DNA of 64,000 bases from Vitrella brassicaformis CCMP3155. Taxonomy: Eukaryota > Protista > Chromerida. A program made the translations under genes and the position numbers. This document shows positions 48,352 to 61,484 of this stretch, one piece after another. Position 1 is the stretch's first letter. The number at the start of each line of letters is the position of its first letter. The stretch covers positions 8,066-72,065 of the forward strand of contig CDMY01000461.1 in assembly GCA_001179505.1 (NCBI GenBank), written 5' to 3'. Under the pieces are notes generated by a model. That model saw only the letters and a program-made list of their open reading frames with translations. It searched no databases and was not told the DNA's origin.

Positions 48352-49042
48352 ATGCTGTTCAAGACCCTTGCCCTCGCCCTCCTCGCTGTCGGCCTGGTCC
48401 AGGGGGAGACCATCTACGATCATGTCGAAGAGCACGCGGACGAAGACCTAGCGACTCTCCTCGCAGCCCTCGAGGCCACCAAGGGAATCCCCAACACCGA
48501 CGAGAGCCTCCAAGCAATTCTTGATAATCCAGACGCGGGCAAATACACCCTCTTTGCGCCTATTGACACTGTGAGACATGAAGCAGAAAGCCGCGTGGAA
48601 TGTGTACGTGCCGTGATGTCTGGTCTGGGTGTCCTTGGTGCCTGCAGGCCTTTGCTGATGTGCCAGTTGACGATCTGCTGTGTAATGACGCAAACAAGGC
48701 TATCCTCGCGGACATCCTCAATTACCACGTCGTGCCGCCCTTGGACGGGGATCTGCACCCCCTGACCAATCCTGTCCCCACTGAACTGGCAGGCGAGACT
48801 CTTGAGGTGGTGAAGGGCGCCGATGGAGTGCCGATGACGGTGAACGGGGCTGACGTGGACCCAGACCCGGAGCACAGCCCTCAGGACCTCGAAAACGGCG
48901 CCATCTGGGTATGCAGACTGAGATGCACATACGATGGATACATGAGATGTTAGGTGGCTGTGTCGTGTCTGGTATGCAGGAAATCAACAAGGTGCTGCTC
49001 CCGCCGACGTTCAGCCTGGACGCCCTCACGGCCTGCGGCTGA
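48352..49042 (+). CDS. Secreted single fasciclin (FAS1) domain protein, 3 exons
   Basis: Signal peptide MLFKTLALALLAVGLVQG, H1 motif YTLFAPIDT|AF, ILNYHVV, and H2-like NGAIW|EINKVLLP. Confidence 0.9.
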
Positions 49043-49910
49043 CTGCGGGCCAGAGCGGCTGCCCTGCTTTTTGTTGCTTGGGTCTGTTCTGGGTGTGTGG
49101 CGTGCCGTTCGTCTGGTCGTCTTCATCAGTGTGTCCTTTTGGTTGCGGGGTCTGTGTACACGCACTCGGGCATGAGTGGGGAGAGTTTCGTTGACGTGCA
49201 TGTTCACATCACAGCCGGTATGTCGGGCTCAGGGAGATGAGAGGTGACGTTCATTTCACGTTGTATCTTTTTATCCGCGTCACGAAGGGGACCGTGTGTG
49301 GGGTGGGGTCCGCATGGGTCCTTCTCGCCGATGTTGGTTTACGCGTGCGTGGTGAGTGATGGCGTTCGTTGTCGCTTTTTTCATCCCGTGTAGGGCAGAC
49401 ATGCCCGCCCTTTCTTCCGCTGCTGTTTTTGAGCCGCTGCCTCACACACGCACACACGCACACACGCACACACGCACACACACACACAGAGCACAGAGGC
49501 AGGTCGGCTTTGCTGCGGTGACACACGCATGCTGGATCCACCTGTATCAAGTATCTGTGTGATCGATCGGAAAGGGAACGGCACGGCACTCCACGATATC
49601 GCGTGACTGCTCTTTCCTTCCCACTCACACACCCAAGATCTTCACGCTGGCTGGGTTCGTGATGCATCCCGTTTCTGTGCACCCGAAGCCTTGTGACGCA
49701 CCAGTTTTCGCCAGCCGCCAACGGCTGCCTCAGTCAGGTGACATGTGGGATTCTGTGAGGCGTCTTTCTTTTCGCTGACTGCCATGGGGACGACGAGGGC
49801 GAAGGTACGTTGTTCATGCCTTCACAGGCGGCCCTGATGGACGTGAGAGTGTCGCGTGTGTGTGTGTGGGTCGTCCGCACTTTTGTAGTGCTGTTTCGTT
49901 TCGTGCTTAT

Positions 49911-50040
49911 GAGCTGCGAGGGGGCGATCGCACTTCGTTCGTGCTGCATGCCAGTGAGCTGCGAGGGGGCGCTCGCACATCGAGTCACTGACGTGTGCGC
50001 GTGTGTGAGGGGGCGCTCACACATCAACTCTGACGTGTGG
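49911..50040. repeat. Three degenerate tandem units (about 45 bp), each containing an inverted-repeat hairpin with loop GGGGCG
   Basis: TGCGA-G-GGGGCG-A-TCGCA (49915-49932), TGCGAG-GGGGCG-CTCGCA (49960-49977) and TGTGTGAG-GGGGCG-CTCACACA (50002-50023). Confidence 0.85.
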
Positions 50041-50572
50041 CTGTGTCTGTGTCTGTGTCTGGAGTGTTGGGGTGTTGGCCGCGACGCCGCTGCACCCCAA
50101 CGCTCGGGAGTGGAGGGGTGTCGGCGACGGCTTTCCGCAACATAAAAAGCGAGACACAGATACATTCATACTGCGTGTTAGTGGCGGGGCAGGGAGGCAG
50201 CACAGGGTGGGTACGTACACGTTGCGTTTTAATTCGCTTTCTTTGCAATCGGACCTTTTCATCGTGAGACGGAGGCATGACGATGAATGAGATAAGACAC
50301 AGCGATACACCTGGCAGAACTTTGACGCACAAATCCACACCCCACACCAACACAGTGGCACGGACATGAGCACGACAAATCGACAGCCAGTCAGTCTCCC
50401 ATACTCACAGTGTGTGTACTAGACACAAAAGCAAAACTGTGTCACGAGGGTCTCTACATTCGGTATTCTACACGGCAAATCAACAACACCCACCATCGGG
50501 CGTGGGTGTCGCGTCGTCTACGCGAATTCACTCATTCGTTGTCACATCTGCACTTCAGCCACTGACTGCATC

Positions 50573-51907
50573 TCACCCTCCCGCAGAGGTCTTCACAGCT
50601 TCGCCAGTGGCGCCAGCAGCCACAGGCGCACTCTTGGCTGCAAAGGAAGGGGTGGGGTCGGCCACGAGCGCCTCTAACTCGCGAACTACTCCCTCCCAAT
50701 CTGTACCTGCACAGCCACAACGAACGATGAGAGAAGTGGTGGGAGTGGCGTGGATGTGTGTGGAGCGCGTGTGTCTGCTCTTACATCTGACTGTGTTGGG
50801 GTGCGAGAGGTCTGCCTTCTGGTTCCAGCCATAGGATTTATCCAGATCAAACAAGATAGCCTGCACACACAGAGACAGAGGGAGAATGGGTGCAAGCCAG
50901 GGCGACACAGTCGTGTATCCCGTACGCACATGCGAACCTTTTGCAGGCAGTGCCTGGCATCCTCAATGTATGACGGCGCGTCGTCGACCAGCGCGATGGC
51001 ATTCACCTCCTCACACATCTCGCGCTTCGTCCTGCAGGTAGGCACGCCACACAACACACACACCAACACAATGTAGCCCACAACTGGCAGCACACCCACA
51101 ACGCCTTTGTGCGCACCTTTTCTCTTCGTGTCCGTTGATAGAGAAGTGATTGCCGAATAGCACATCCTCAAATACGCCGGGGAAGTGGCGGTCAAGCCAG
51201 CGCCTGACCACAAAACGGATGATGCTCAGGTGGAAAGCCGGGTGCTCACGGTCCGCTGTGTCTGTGCGTGTGTGTGTGTGTGTGTGTGGCCATCTATCTC
51301 ACATAGATTCCTCTTGTATGGACGTTTGCCTTGACGTGACGACGACTAAGCGGAATCGATCTCGCAGCCTGTGGATGCCTTCCACGGCACCTGCAGAAAG
51401 GGAATGACGCCACGCCACAGGGGAAACAAACAACAATCATATACGAGTGAGTGGACGATGTGACTTGCTGACTTGCTGACCCACCGGGGACAATCTCGAG
51501 GTTTCGGAAGTAGTCTGTCTCGAAGAAATCTGCACCCAGCACAGCGCACCACACGCAGTGCCACACCGCCTGCACCCCTAGTGTCTTTCCCACCCACCGC
51601 GCACCATGGACTTTCTTCAGCGTGTCAGCGTATGAGCCGCCCCAGACTTCATAGAATAGGTAAGAGTGGAAGTCGGCCACCTGGTAGCTGGTGTGGTAGT
51701 GCTTGTTGTGGAAGGCTATCATGCCCTTCAGGAACTGACACAACACCTGCACGGCAGACAGACAGACAGGCACAACCACGTTGAGTGAATGGAAACACCA
51801 GAGGAAGATGGTGTGTTGTGTGTGCTGTGTGTCTGTGCGTCGGCCACTCGTGACACCTCGTCCATGTCAATGGCGACGATAGGCTTGTGCAGGCCGTTCA
51901 TCGCCAT
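50573..51907 (-). CDS. 5'(3')-deoxyribonucleotidase-like HAD hydrolase (NT5C family), multi-exon
   Basis: KPIVAIDMDEV|LCQF (DxD), LEIVP|GAVEGI..LVVVTSRQ, WLDRHFPGVFEDVLFGNHF and ALVDDAPSY. Confidence 0.9.
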
Positions 51908-52040
51908 GCGGATCATCAACCAAATGACGTCAACAAGCAATCTTCTCCTAACGAGATTCACTCTTCAAGAACTCTCCTGCCGCCTGGCCTGCTGTCTGGA
52001 CTGCGAGCTTGGCTGAGAATGTGCGATCCGGGGAAACCAA

Positions 52041-52056
52041 TTAGGGTTTAGGGTTT
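52041..52056 (-). promoter_or_regulatory. Telo-box / interstitial telomere-like motif AAACCCTAAACCCTAA in the NT5C/DGAT2 divergent promoter
   Basis: TTAGGGTTTAGGGTTT on the + strand, between start codons at 51907 (-) and 52119 (+). Function is inferred. Confidence 0.45.
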
Positions 52057-52118
52057 ACTCCTTGGGCCATCTTCCCGCAGAGCTGTGATGCGTACGTGCA
52101 TGTGCAGATCTTGAAGTG

Positions 52119-54518
52119 ATGCATTTTGCTGTGCCAACCGGAAGCCTTCACTTCGTGACCTCATCCGCGCCCTTGAGCCACCTGCTGACCAAGCTCGGCC
52201 CTCTCTCCCATGCCCTCGCCTCCCAGCCCTCACCAGGACACCAGCCAGCATCCCCTGCTGCTGCTCCGGCCACTTGTTTCTCCTCATTTCGGCTGTTGAC
52301 TCATCATTACAGCCATGTGCAGTCGGCTCTCTGTGACCGCTTTGGCGCGTCGCGGTCATTACATAGCCCGGTGTTATGGCCGCTGGGTGGAGGGAAGGGC
52401 TTGGTTGATGCGTGGCGGGCCGCCCTCTGTCGATATGGTGATGCCGGTGCGTCAGCAGCTGCGTGTACAGCCCTTCAGCAGCAGCAGCGGACGGCCGCCC
52501 TGCTGTTGCTTTCCCCCTCCTTCTCGCCTCAGCTGATGCGGCCTGCCTTCCCGCTGCTGCTGTGGAGTCGTCCGCTATTTTTCCCCTTGTCGATGCTCTC
52601 TCTGCACATGAGTGCCTTCCCCCCTACCGTTGTCCAATGCCAAGACGACTCGGCGGCTCCACCCACTGAGAGCCAGCACCAGCGTCACCATGCCGACACA
52701 CACACACAACCGGCCAGCAGCGAGCAGGAGTCTGCACACGCCCACACCCCCTCCCCCTCCCCCTCTCCATCTCTCTCTCCCCTTTCGCCCATTCTTTGGC
52801 GGCGGCTGTCGTCGAGCAAGTGGTTCGGCAGACACGCACCCCCCTGTGTGTGTGAGGAGATGAAAGTGCGGGACGATGAGAGCGACCGTTCGACGGTGGT
52901 GTCTGAGGGCATGAGTGAGGTGATTGAGGACGCCGTGCTGGTGCCCGACCGGATGGCGGGCGACTGGGAGGATGAGGTGCCCGCGGGAGCCACCGTCGTG
53001 TACAGGAAGGAGAAAGACGAGGGACCCCTGGGGCAGGCCCTCGGGTAAGGAGAGGAGCTTCTGCTCGCTGGTCCGCTCCCTGTGCCCATTCTCTCCCCCC
53101 CTTCTCTCTGTGTCTGTGTGTGGTTCGACCAGGTTCGTTGCGTGGGTGTTGTTTCTCGCCTCGTACATCGTGGGTGCGACCATCCTGCCCCTGGCGGCCT
53201 TCACGGCCATAGCGCACCATGCGTGGGGGGCGGCGACGGCACTGACGGCGCTGCTGTTGTTCCCTTTCCTGCCCGTGTCGACGTGGATCGCCAGCCTGCC
53301 CTTCACTGTGTGGGGGCTCGACGAGCTGCACTGGGCCTGCCTGGGGCTGCTCAGACAGGCCCGACACTGGACAGGACCTGGTGAGTGAGTGAGTGAGCAC
53401 AGACACACCACACAGTGGCATCTCCTCTGGCGTGTGTGCGTGTGTGTTGTGTGCAGGCAGCGGAGTGGTGTATGAGGATTTGGCTGCGGTTCAGAGTGCG
53501 GGCAAGGACGGCAAACCGCCCACAGTCATCTGCTGCCACCCACACGGCATATTCGCTGCGGTATGGCCACACACACACACTCACACACACGCACGGAGGA
53601 ACACGCAGCGACGGCGTGTGTGCGGTGTCTGTGTGTGTGTCTGTCAGGGTGTTGTGGTGCTGACTTCCAACGGGGATCTGAGCGGTCTGAAGGCGCGGAC
53701 CATCACCTCATCGTTTCTCTACTACTTCGCCCCCACACTCAGGTACGCACACACTCACACACACGCGCGCGCACGACGGAGCAACCAAATGAGCGTGTGT
53801 CGTGCGTGATGCATGTGATGCGTGTTGTATCAACGAATGTATCAAGGATCTTCCTGGCTCCCGCGGGTGTGCTCGGTGCGGCGAGAAAAGAGGACTTCAC
53901 CAACTACATGAAGGTACCTACCTGCATGGCATGGGTCGCTCTTCGTGTGACGGCACACGTCATGCGCTTGTGTGTGTGTGTGTGTGTATTTAGCGTGGTG
54001 AGAACATGACTATGGTTCCTGGTGGCTTCCACGAGGCGACCATCTCCTGCCCACACAAAGACAGAGTCTACCTCAGAAAGCGAAAAGGTTAGTGGGAGGG
54101 AGAGAGAGAGGGAAAGGCAGGTACCACATCACGCAACACAGCACACAGCTCACAAATCGTCTGGACGTCCGTCGTGTGTGCAGGGTTTGTCAAGTACGCC
54201 CTGCAGCACGGGTATGCCCTCACCCCCGTCTACACCTTCGGCGAGTGCGACACATTCAGCAACGTACAGGTATGTGAGTATGTGAGCAGAGCAAGCAGCA
54301 AGACGCGACGCACAGCCAGACAGACAGACACACACCATAACATGAATGGCTGTGTGTGTGTGCATGGGTCTATCTGTTGTGGATGAAGGGTGGGTGGAAG
54401 TGGCGGTTTGCGCTCAACAGCTTCGGCGTCCCCACAGTGCTCTTCTGGGGCGTCCCCTTCGCACCACTACTACCACGCAGGTCACTCACAAATACCACTA
54501 CAGTGGTGCGCACCCATC

Positions 54519-54552
<34 letters not shown>

Positions 54553-55011
54553 GTCTGTCTGTCTGTCTGTCTCTCTGTCTCTCTGTATGTGCAATATGTG
54601 CAGAGTGCCGATGTTGGTAGTGGTTGGGAAGCCTTTGCAGCTGCCGTGCATCCCCACCCCCACCCGCGACGAGGTGGCCGAGTACCACGAGAAGTACATC
54701 CACCACCTCCAGAAGCTCTACGACAAATTCGCACCACTCTACTACGGACACATACAGGTACACGACACGCATCATCCTATGACATTCCGGACACTCCCCG
54801 CCCGCCCCACCAATGTGCTGTGTGTGTGTGTGTGTGTGTGTCCATCCCCCAGCCGCGTGCCAACGTTGAGTCAGGGGCGGAGCACCTGCCGCAGGTGTCC
54901 AAGAGTGCGTGGAAGCCCGACGATGAGGGCGGCGGCCAGGGGGTGGCCCCCAGAAGCAACGGCGCCAGTACCAAGTGGGAGAGAGCCCTGCCCACACTCG
55001 AGGTGTGGTAG
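52119..55011 (+). CDS. DGAT2: Diacylglycerol/monoacylglycerol acyltransferase (DGAT2/MOGAT family), with probable long N-terminal extension (alternative start 52860)
   Basis: ICCHPHGIF (HPHG), MVPGGFHEA, RKRKGFVKYALQHG..LTPVYTFGE and VVVGKPL..EVAEYHEKY. TM segment in exon 2. Confidence 0.92.
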
Positions 55012-55709
55012 CTAGTGCTGCAGACTGGGCAGACAGACAGCAGGCGGCCCCCTGGTTTTTTCGATGTGCAGAGGGAGGGATGTTTGTCATGACTCTTTTT
55101 CGGTTTTTCTGGTGGTTTCTGACCGAGTGGTGAGTGGGCGGTTTTTGCTGGTGTGTGCGGTGCGTACACGGTTGTGTGTGCGTGGAATGGACGACAAGAA
55201 GCATGGCAGTTTTTTGATGTGCGAGCGTCGTGGAGAGTGAGTGAGTCGGCCGGCTGCTCGGCCAATTGGTGTGAAATCTGGAGGCTGCTGTGTGTTGCAG
55301 CGATGGGTGGTGACGCTTAGACAGTCTTCGCAATCACGAGCACTGTCTGCACGTCACCATGGGCTGCTGCAACACACGACAGCCTCCAAACAGCCAATCG
55401 AATGAGACTGAGTGAATTGTCGATGAGGGATGGCATGTGTACTGCCTTTCCTGTGCATTGAGTGAGGTGAGTGTCCGTTGTCTGTCTGTCTGTCTGTCTT
55501 GTCTGTCTGTCTGTCTGGCGTGGCTTTCCATGCCCCAGCATTAGTCACCTGGTAACCTTTCAGACGGTCACCAAGCGGCTGTTGTTGAGGTTTGGACAGC
55601 CTCGTCAGCGAGAGACAGGCCCACACGCCAAAGACGAGAGCAAAGATTCTCTGTTATCTTCCTTCCTGTCTATTCACACGCATTCGCATCGATAGCATCG
55701 ACGGTTGTC

Positions 55710-58700
55710 TTATGTACCCATTGCCTCCATTGGTGCACCCACGCACATGTCAACCACATACACAGATATGCACGCCTCGCTCTGCACACGCTGCTGCTGA
55801 ACGCCCCCACCCCTACCACCACCACCGCCACCAAGCACCCGTGCAATAGTGTCGCGCACATCGAGCTGAAACTTCGATGGCGGGCTGGACGGCCGCCTCT
55901 CGGCCCTTCCTAGACGGTTCTGGCTCCACTCAGCCACACGCCTCACATGCTCCAGTGTCCTCAGTGGCAGGCCGGGGAGGGCAGGCAGCACACAGTGCCC
56001 TGCTGTCAGAGCCTGAGACTCCAGACACAATAATGCGCCATCACCGCTGCCCACATCGTCACCAGGAGCATGTTCAACGCCCTCAATGCCCCTAGCCACA
56101 CACGAGAAGAGCGTCGCGACCGGCAGGAGCAACAGAGGCTGACCAGTAGCAGCAGCAGCGGGCGAATGTGAAGAAGCTAGAATCACCGATGAGGAGTAGA
56201 GCAGCAGGGCAGCCGTCTGGAAGTCCTCGTTGCCCATTGCCGAGCGATCTAGGGCCTCTGTGACCTTGGATATCAGTTCCACCATCCTCACCTCCACGGA
56301 ATGGCCACCTCCAAATACGTGGGGCCACATGTCCAGACGTACCAGTCCTGACATTGTCTCCGTGAGGCGGCTCGGCTCGGAGATGTAGATGTGCCCATCA
56401 GCATCCCTGGGGTGGTGCAGCAGCAGTGCGAGAGCCTTCATCAGCTGCTCGGCTCTCACGCCTGATGTCGGGGGGTGCAGACACACACACGTAAATCGAA
56501 TGCGTGTATAGATCATCTGACCACCTTTCTTGCTTTATCAGGCACCCAGCTACCTGTGCAAGCAGCGGCGGTGAGCTGGCTCCGCACACACCCTTCCAGG
56601 ACACCCACAGGCACGTCCACAGCAGCCGTGCTCCCAGCCACATCTCCCATCGTCCGGCCGAGCCCACCCCTGGGGTCGATTTTGTGCATGAATATGGCGA
56701 TAAGGCCCTCCAGCAATCCAGACGGGGCGTCGATGCTGACCGTCGACCGACCCCACGTGTCATCGGGACACAGGTAGGCGTCGTTCTGGCCCACATTGAG
56801 CAAAGGGTGCACCATCTACACACACACACACACACACACAGAGACAGACAGACAGAGAGAGAGAGCATCACAGCGTCAAAACATTCCCTTGTCGCTCCGT
56901 ATGCACACCCACCATGGCTTTCCAGCAGGATGCAGCAGCTGATATCTCGGTGAAGGAGATTGACGCTACACCGTGCCCGCTGCGGTTGCACCAGTGTGTG
57001 AGCCGTGCGATGAGCACGTCGGCAGCCGCCCTGACGGCCAGTGGGGGCGCAAGAAGGGGCGGGGCTGTGAGGACCGTCAGCAGGGTAAAGAAGAACAGGG
57101 TGGAGGGGAAGCTCTCGTGACGCGCTGACAAGCAGAGCAGGCATGGTGGGAGAGGCGCTGTCATGGCAATGTGAACTCTTGTGGCCTTGGGTACCTCTGA
57201 AGGCCGACAAGAGTTCGTCAAAGAGCTCTTTCGCCTCGACGGATGAAAAGTGCCCCGATGATACCGCCCTTCCCAACCAACCAACCAACAAACCATCGAG
57301 CATGCCTCCCCTGTTGTGTCATTTCCTTACTTCATGGTCCAGCAGATGTCTGCAGCCGTCCACAGCTCATCGGACGGCGCCGCTGTCTCGTCACGCTCCC
57401 CCTCCTTCTCATGCAGGCCAGACGCGCCGCCGTCAAGGAGTGCTGATTTGCGTCTGGTGTGGAGGAAGTTGATGACCTCATGGCACACACGCTCGTTGAG
57501 GGGCGACGCACGGTGCACCCGGCCGTTGACATACGCACTGCAGCCAGTGTGTCCAGAGAACAGGTCAACAGACATGGCTGTGTACAAGTGGGGTTTCCTC
57601 CCTACCTGAGGAGGGTGGTGAGCTCTCGGATCGGCAGATCCACATCTGTCAGCGAGGCCCTGAAAAAACAACCCAAGGCACCAAGCCGGGCAAGTACCCG
57701 ATGGATGGATGGATGTCCTTACTTCTTGAGAACAGGGAGGATGCCGCCAGACGCCTGGTCGAAGAATCCCCGCATCGCCTCCGGCAGATCACCCCTGCCA
57801 CTGGCATACGTGTGCAGCAGGTACACCTGCAACACACACAGCCACATCACACCACCCTGCACCCTGATGCCCTCCCTCCTCATTGCATACCGTCAGGCGT
57901 GGAGGGAAGTCATTCCGACGAATATGCGCCACCACTCTCTCTTGAACAGCCAATATCGCCCATTCCGCCTCCTCAGTGAAGCCCGGATGGGAAGACGCCA
58001 GCAAGCCAGTGCTGTGCTGTCCGTCAGCCGTGGCCACGTCGGTCGCTGCGTTGCCGAGCTGCCCATTTCGCCACTTGAGCAGCAGGGTCAGCATGGTGAA
58101 CAGATCCAGAGGCTTCAGCCGATCCAAAGTCTCTGAGGAATGGACGGAGGGAATGATGAATGGAAGGCATTCACGAGTGTGGCCAACCAACCGACCAGGG
58201 ACGGACCTTTGCTGAGCAGGTGCCTTGGCAGGGCGTTGAGAAGGCTCTGTGAGGGGCACCGTCCCAGCCTCATGGACGCGTTGCAGTAGTTGGCCAGTGC
58301 CTGGGGCGTGAAAGTCGGGAGCATCTCGGCCACACGATGGTCCAGCAACCCGAAAACCTCAGGATCTCTGAGAACAGACGACAGCAACACAGATCAAGGA
58401 CGATAGACGTGGCGCGTGCTTTAGGGAAGGCTGTCAACTGACCCACCTGATTCGCATCTTTAGCAAGGCGTTTGCGAGATTGGCGAGGTCGACGGCCTCG
58501 AACTCGCCATCAGCGGCCTTCTGTCGCACGAGAGGCATCAACCGACCCACCAGCTCGGACCCGGTCGGCCTGCCATCCATCACACATCACACAAAGGGAC
58601 AGCATGACAGCCTGAGGCTCTCCTTCTATTTGTTGTCTTTTCTGTGTCACCCACCCGAGGTCCATCTTAGAGAGTGCGAGTGCGATAGCCGCCAGGTCCT

Positions 58701-59689
58701 TGGCGTTCATCTGCTGCCCACCCAAAGACCTGGGCGACGTCACCTGGGCAATCAGCTGGCTCAGCAACACGGGCGATCGATGCTGAGCACCCAAACACTG
58801 ACATGAACAAAAGACAGACAGAAGGCAATATCGAGCAAAAGTGGTTGGTTGGAGAGTGGCTGCTTCGCTCGCTCACACTTGCAAGGATGGCCAGCTCTCG
58901 TGGGAACAGCTCCCCTATGCCGCCCGTCCTCTCCAGGTAGCTCAGCACAGCTTTCTTAAGAGAATCATGGGGATGCTTCAGCCGGTCATACGAGTGCAGC
59001 AGCGACACCCATTCAGGCGCACTCAGCTGCTGCTGCCGTCCACCCTCTCCACTCTCGCCAGCAAGAAGCCGCACAAACAAGGCAGCCGACTCGTTCAAGA
59101 GGTTGGGGTCACGGACGTTGGTCACAGCGAACCATCCCAGCGTCTTGGCGAGCAGCTGTGGCGGGAAGAGGCTAAGTTGGCGCACGATGGATGCTGCCAT
59201 GGACTTGAGGAGTGAGGTGCGGGGGTGGTGCAGCTGGGGCAGGGACATCTGCCCGATCGCGGACACGGTGATGCCGAGATCGGCTGGGCGCATCCGACTC
59301 TGCTGAGAGGCCATGGCCTGCACAACAGGAAAAGGCAACAAACAGACAGACACCATCGCTTTCGTGAAGGCAGGCAGCCCTCTGTGTGAGTGTGTGTATC
59401 TCGCTCTGTCGCTCTCTCCCTCGTCAGTGACCTGTAGTGCTTTGTTCCAGAATGCGGGATCTCTGACCATTTTCTGCTGCCACAGGTCACACGCCTTGAC
59501 GCCCATCTCGTGCGGCGGCAGTGTCAGGAACTGCTGCAGATGAACACGCAGGCGGCCGCTGGCTGTGTCGGCACCGACATTCTCATCTCCTTCTGCACTG
59601 AAATGCCGCTGCTGACGCACTGCGGCAGCTGATGCTCGCCTCGCAGGCTTCGACAGCCGTCTTGGTGTGACGGCGGGAGGCCGATTCAT
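55710..59689 (-). CDS. Organelle-targeted helical-repeat RNA-binding protein of RAP/FASTK type
   Basis: Arg/Ser/Ala-rich presequence-like N-terminus. Repeats such as PADLGITVSAIGQM, PQLLAKTLGWFA, AKDLAAIALALSK and PQALANYCNASMRLG. C-terminal SSPPSKFQLDVRDTI..VQSEACISVYVVDM resembles the start of a RAP domain. Confidence 0.65.
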
Positions 59690-59951
59690 GAGTCAGATCA
59701 AGAGTCAGCAAGGATCTACACAGGATCTACACGCCAGATGGAGCTCTTCTCGTGGCTTTCTGGAGGTGCAGCAGCGGTTTCAGGCAGCACCCTAGAAATT
59801 CTGCGAGCTAAGAGAACCTCATCACCTGTGGAAAGCGGCAACAGCGACCCTCACCACCACCATGTGAATGCCGCATTGTCGCTTTGTGACCAGCTCCCGC
59901 TGAGTGAGGCGGCATGACGTAGCATAGCGGACTAGTAGTGATATCACCGAT

Positions 59952-61484
59952 ATGGAGTGCGTGTCGCCCGAGCCGAACATTCGGCGGGGCGAGCCCACGA
60001 CGCCGCCCAGCCGCCGTGATCCCAAGCGGATGTATGAGCTCGAAAACTGCGCCCCGAAGAAGACCAAGAACCGCTCTCGCGCACTGCACCCCTTCGCCAC
60101 ACCCGCCCCGTCTCGTTCGAACCCCTTCGGCTTTGCAGCCTTCTCGGGCGGTCCAGCAGCAGCGTCGGCGGGCCAGTTTTTGATGCGTCGTGTTAGTGTT
60201 GGTGGAGAGGGTGGGGTCGTGGGCGGTGCGACGGGGTACTCGCGGCTTCCCAATCCTGGTGGCGTGGCGGCTGCTGCGGCAGCTGCAGCTGCTGCCGCTG
60301 CCCCTATGGCACAGTCTCCGCAGCGAGCAGTACCGCAGGCTAACAAACGAACTCATGATGTGAGCGGAAGGAGCACAACGGGACGGGCCACCACTGTCTG
60401 TCTTTCGTCACATCTGCTGTGTGTGGGTGCGTTGGTTGGGTGTTCATGTTTGTGTCAGAACTTCATGAGCCACCCGTACGAGCGTCAGTTGGAGTGCAAC
60501 CCTGCCCGCAGTTTCATGTCGCGCATCCACCAGGTGGCGCCGGAGGGACCGCCGCCACCCACAGGCCTCGAGGCCATGGACGGTGTTTCGGAGCGGGGCC
60601 ACAATCCCGCCAACCCTGCATACCAACCCAAGAAGGCCATGCGCCGTCATGAGGTGGGTGATGAAGGACGGAGGGAAGGAGGGAGGGAGTCATGCATACG
60701 TGAGAGAACCTCATCCCTTGCTGTGTGTCTTGTGGTGTGTGTGTGTGTGTGTGTATGTACAGGGCAACTGTGCCGTCGAGAACCGTGGTCCGTTCGCGCC
60801 GGTTGCGCCCATGTTTCCCGCCAGCCCGTCCGCCGCCCGCCGCCTGTCAAAGTCACCCAACATGTCCAAGGTGCACCGTGAGATGAACCGCCTGGGCATC
60901 CTCTCACGGAAGCGCACCAAGCCCTCGAGTGCATCGCGCCTCCTGCAGCCTGGCAACGGCGGCAGTGGCAGCGGGATGGAGGTGGAGCAGCCGGGCAGCG
61001 GTGCGGGTGCCATGATGGACCTCACGGACCATGGCGCCAGCCAGGGGGGAGAGGGGGGGCAGAGGCACGGCAACGGGGGGACGGTGGTGGGTAGCGTGTT
61101 TGGGGCTGGTGTGGTGCCGGCCATCGGCAGCCTGGCGCAGCCGTTCGGCGCTGCTCCTGCTCCTACTGCCGTTGGCGTTGGTGCTCCTCCCGTGCCGGTC
61201 TTTGGCGTGCCCCGTGTGGCGGATGGCCAGACGACCCCTCCCCGCCAGCAGGCGGCTGTGGGTGCGGCTGTGGGTGTGGGTGTGGGCGGTCGTCCCCCCC
61301 GCCCCCCCACCAACCGGCGGGGACCCAACCGGCCGCGCACGAGGGCCCAGCACGCACTTGAGGCCGCGGCACAGAAGGTCGCCAACAACCCATTCATCCC
61401 TCCCTCGCCGTCACGACGGGTCAGTGCAGATGGCAGACACAACACAGACACAGACAGTGACAGTCGGGGGGGGGGGGGGGGGGG
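59952..61484 (+). CDS. Hypothetical low-complexity (Pro/Gly/Ala/Arg-rich) protein; 3' end lost in gap 61485-61784
   Basis: Three long exon-like ORF segments separated by GT..AG introns with TG repeats. No recognisable domain. Confidence 0.6.

Noticed and set aside
49911-50040. CRISPR-like reading of the hairpin repeat array
   Set aside because: Eukaryotic context, only three degenerate units, linkers resemble each other, and no cas genes.
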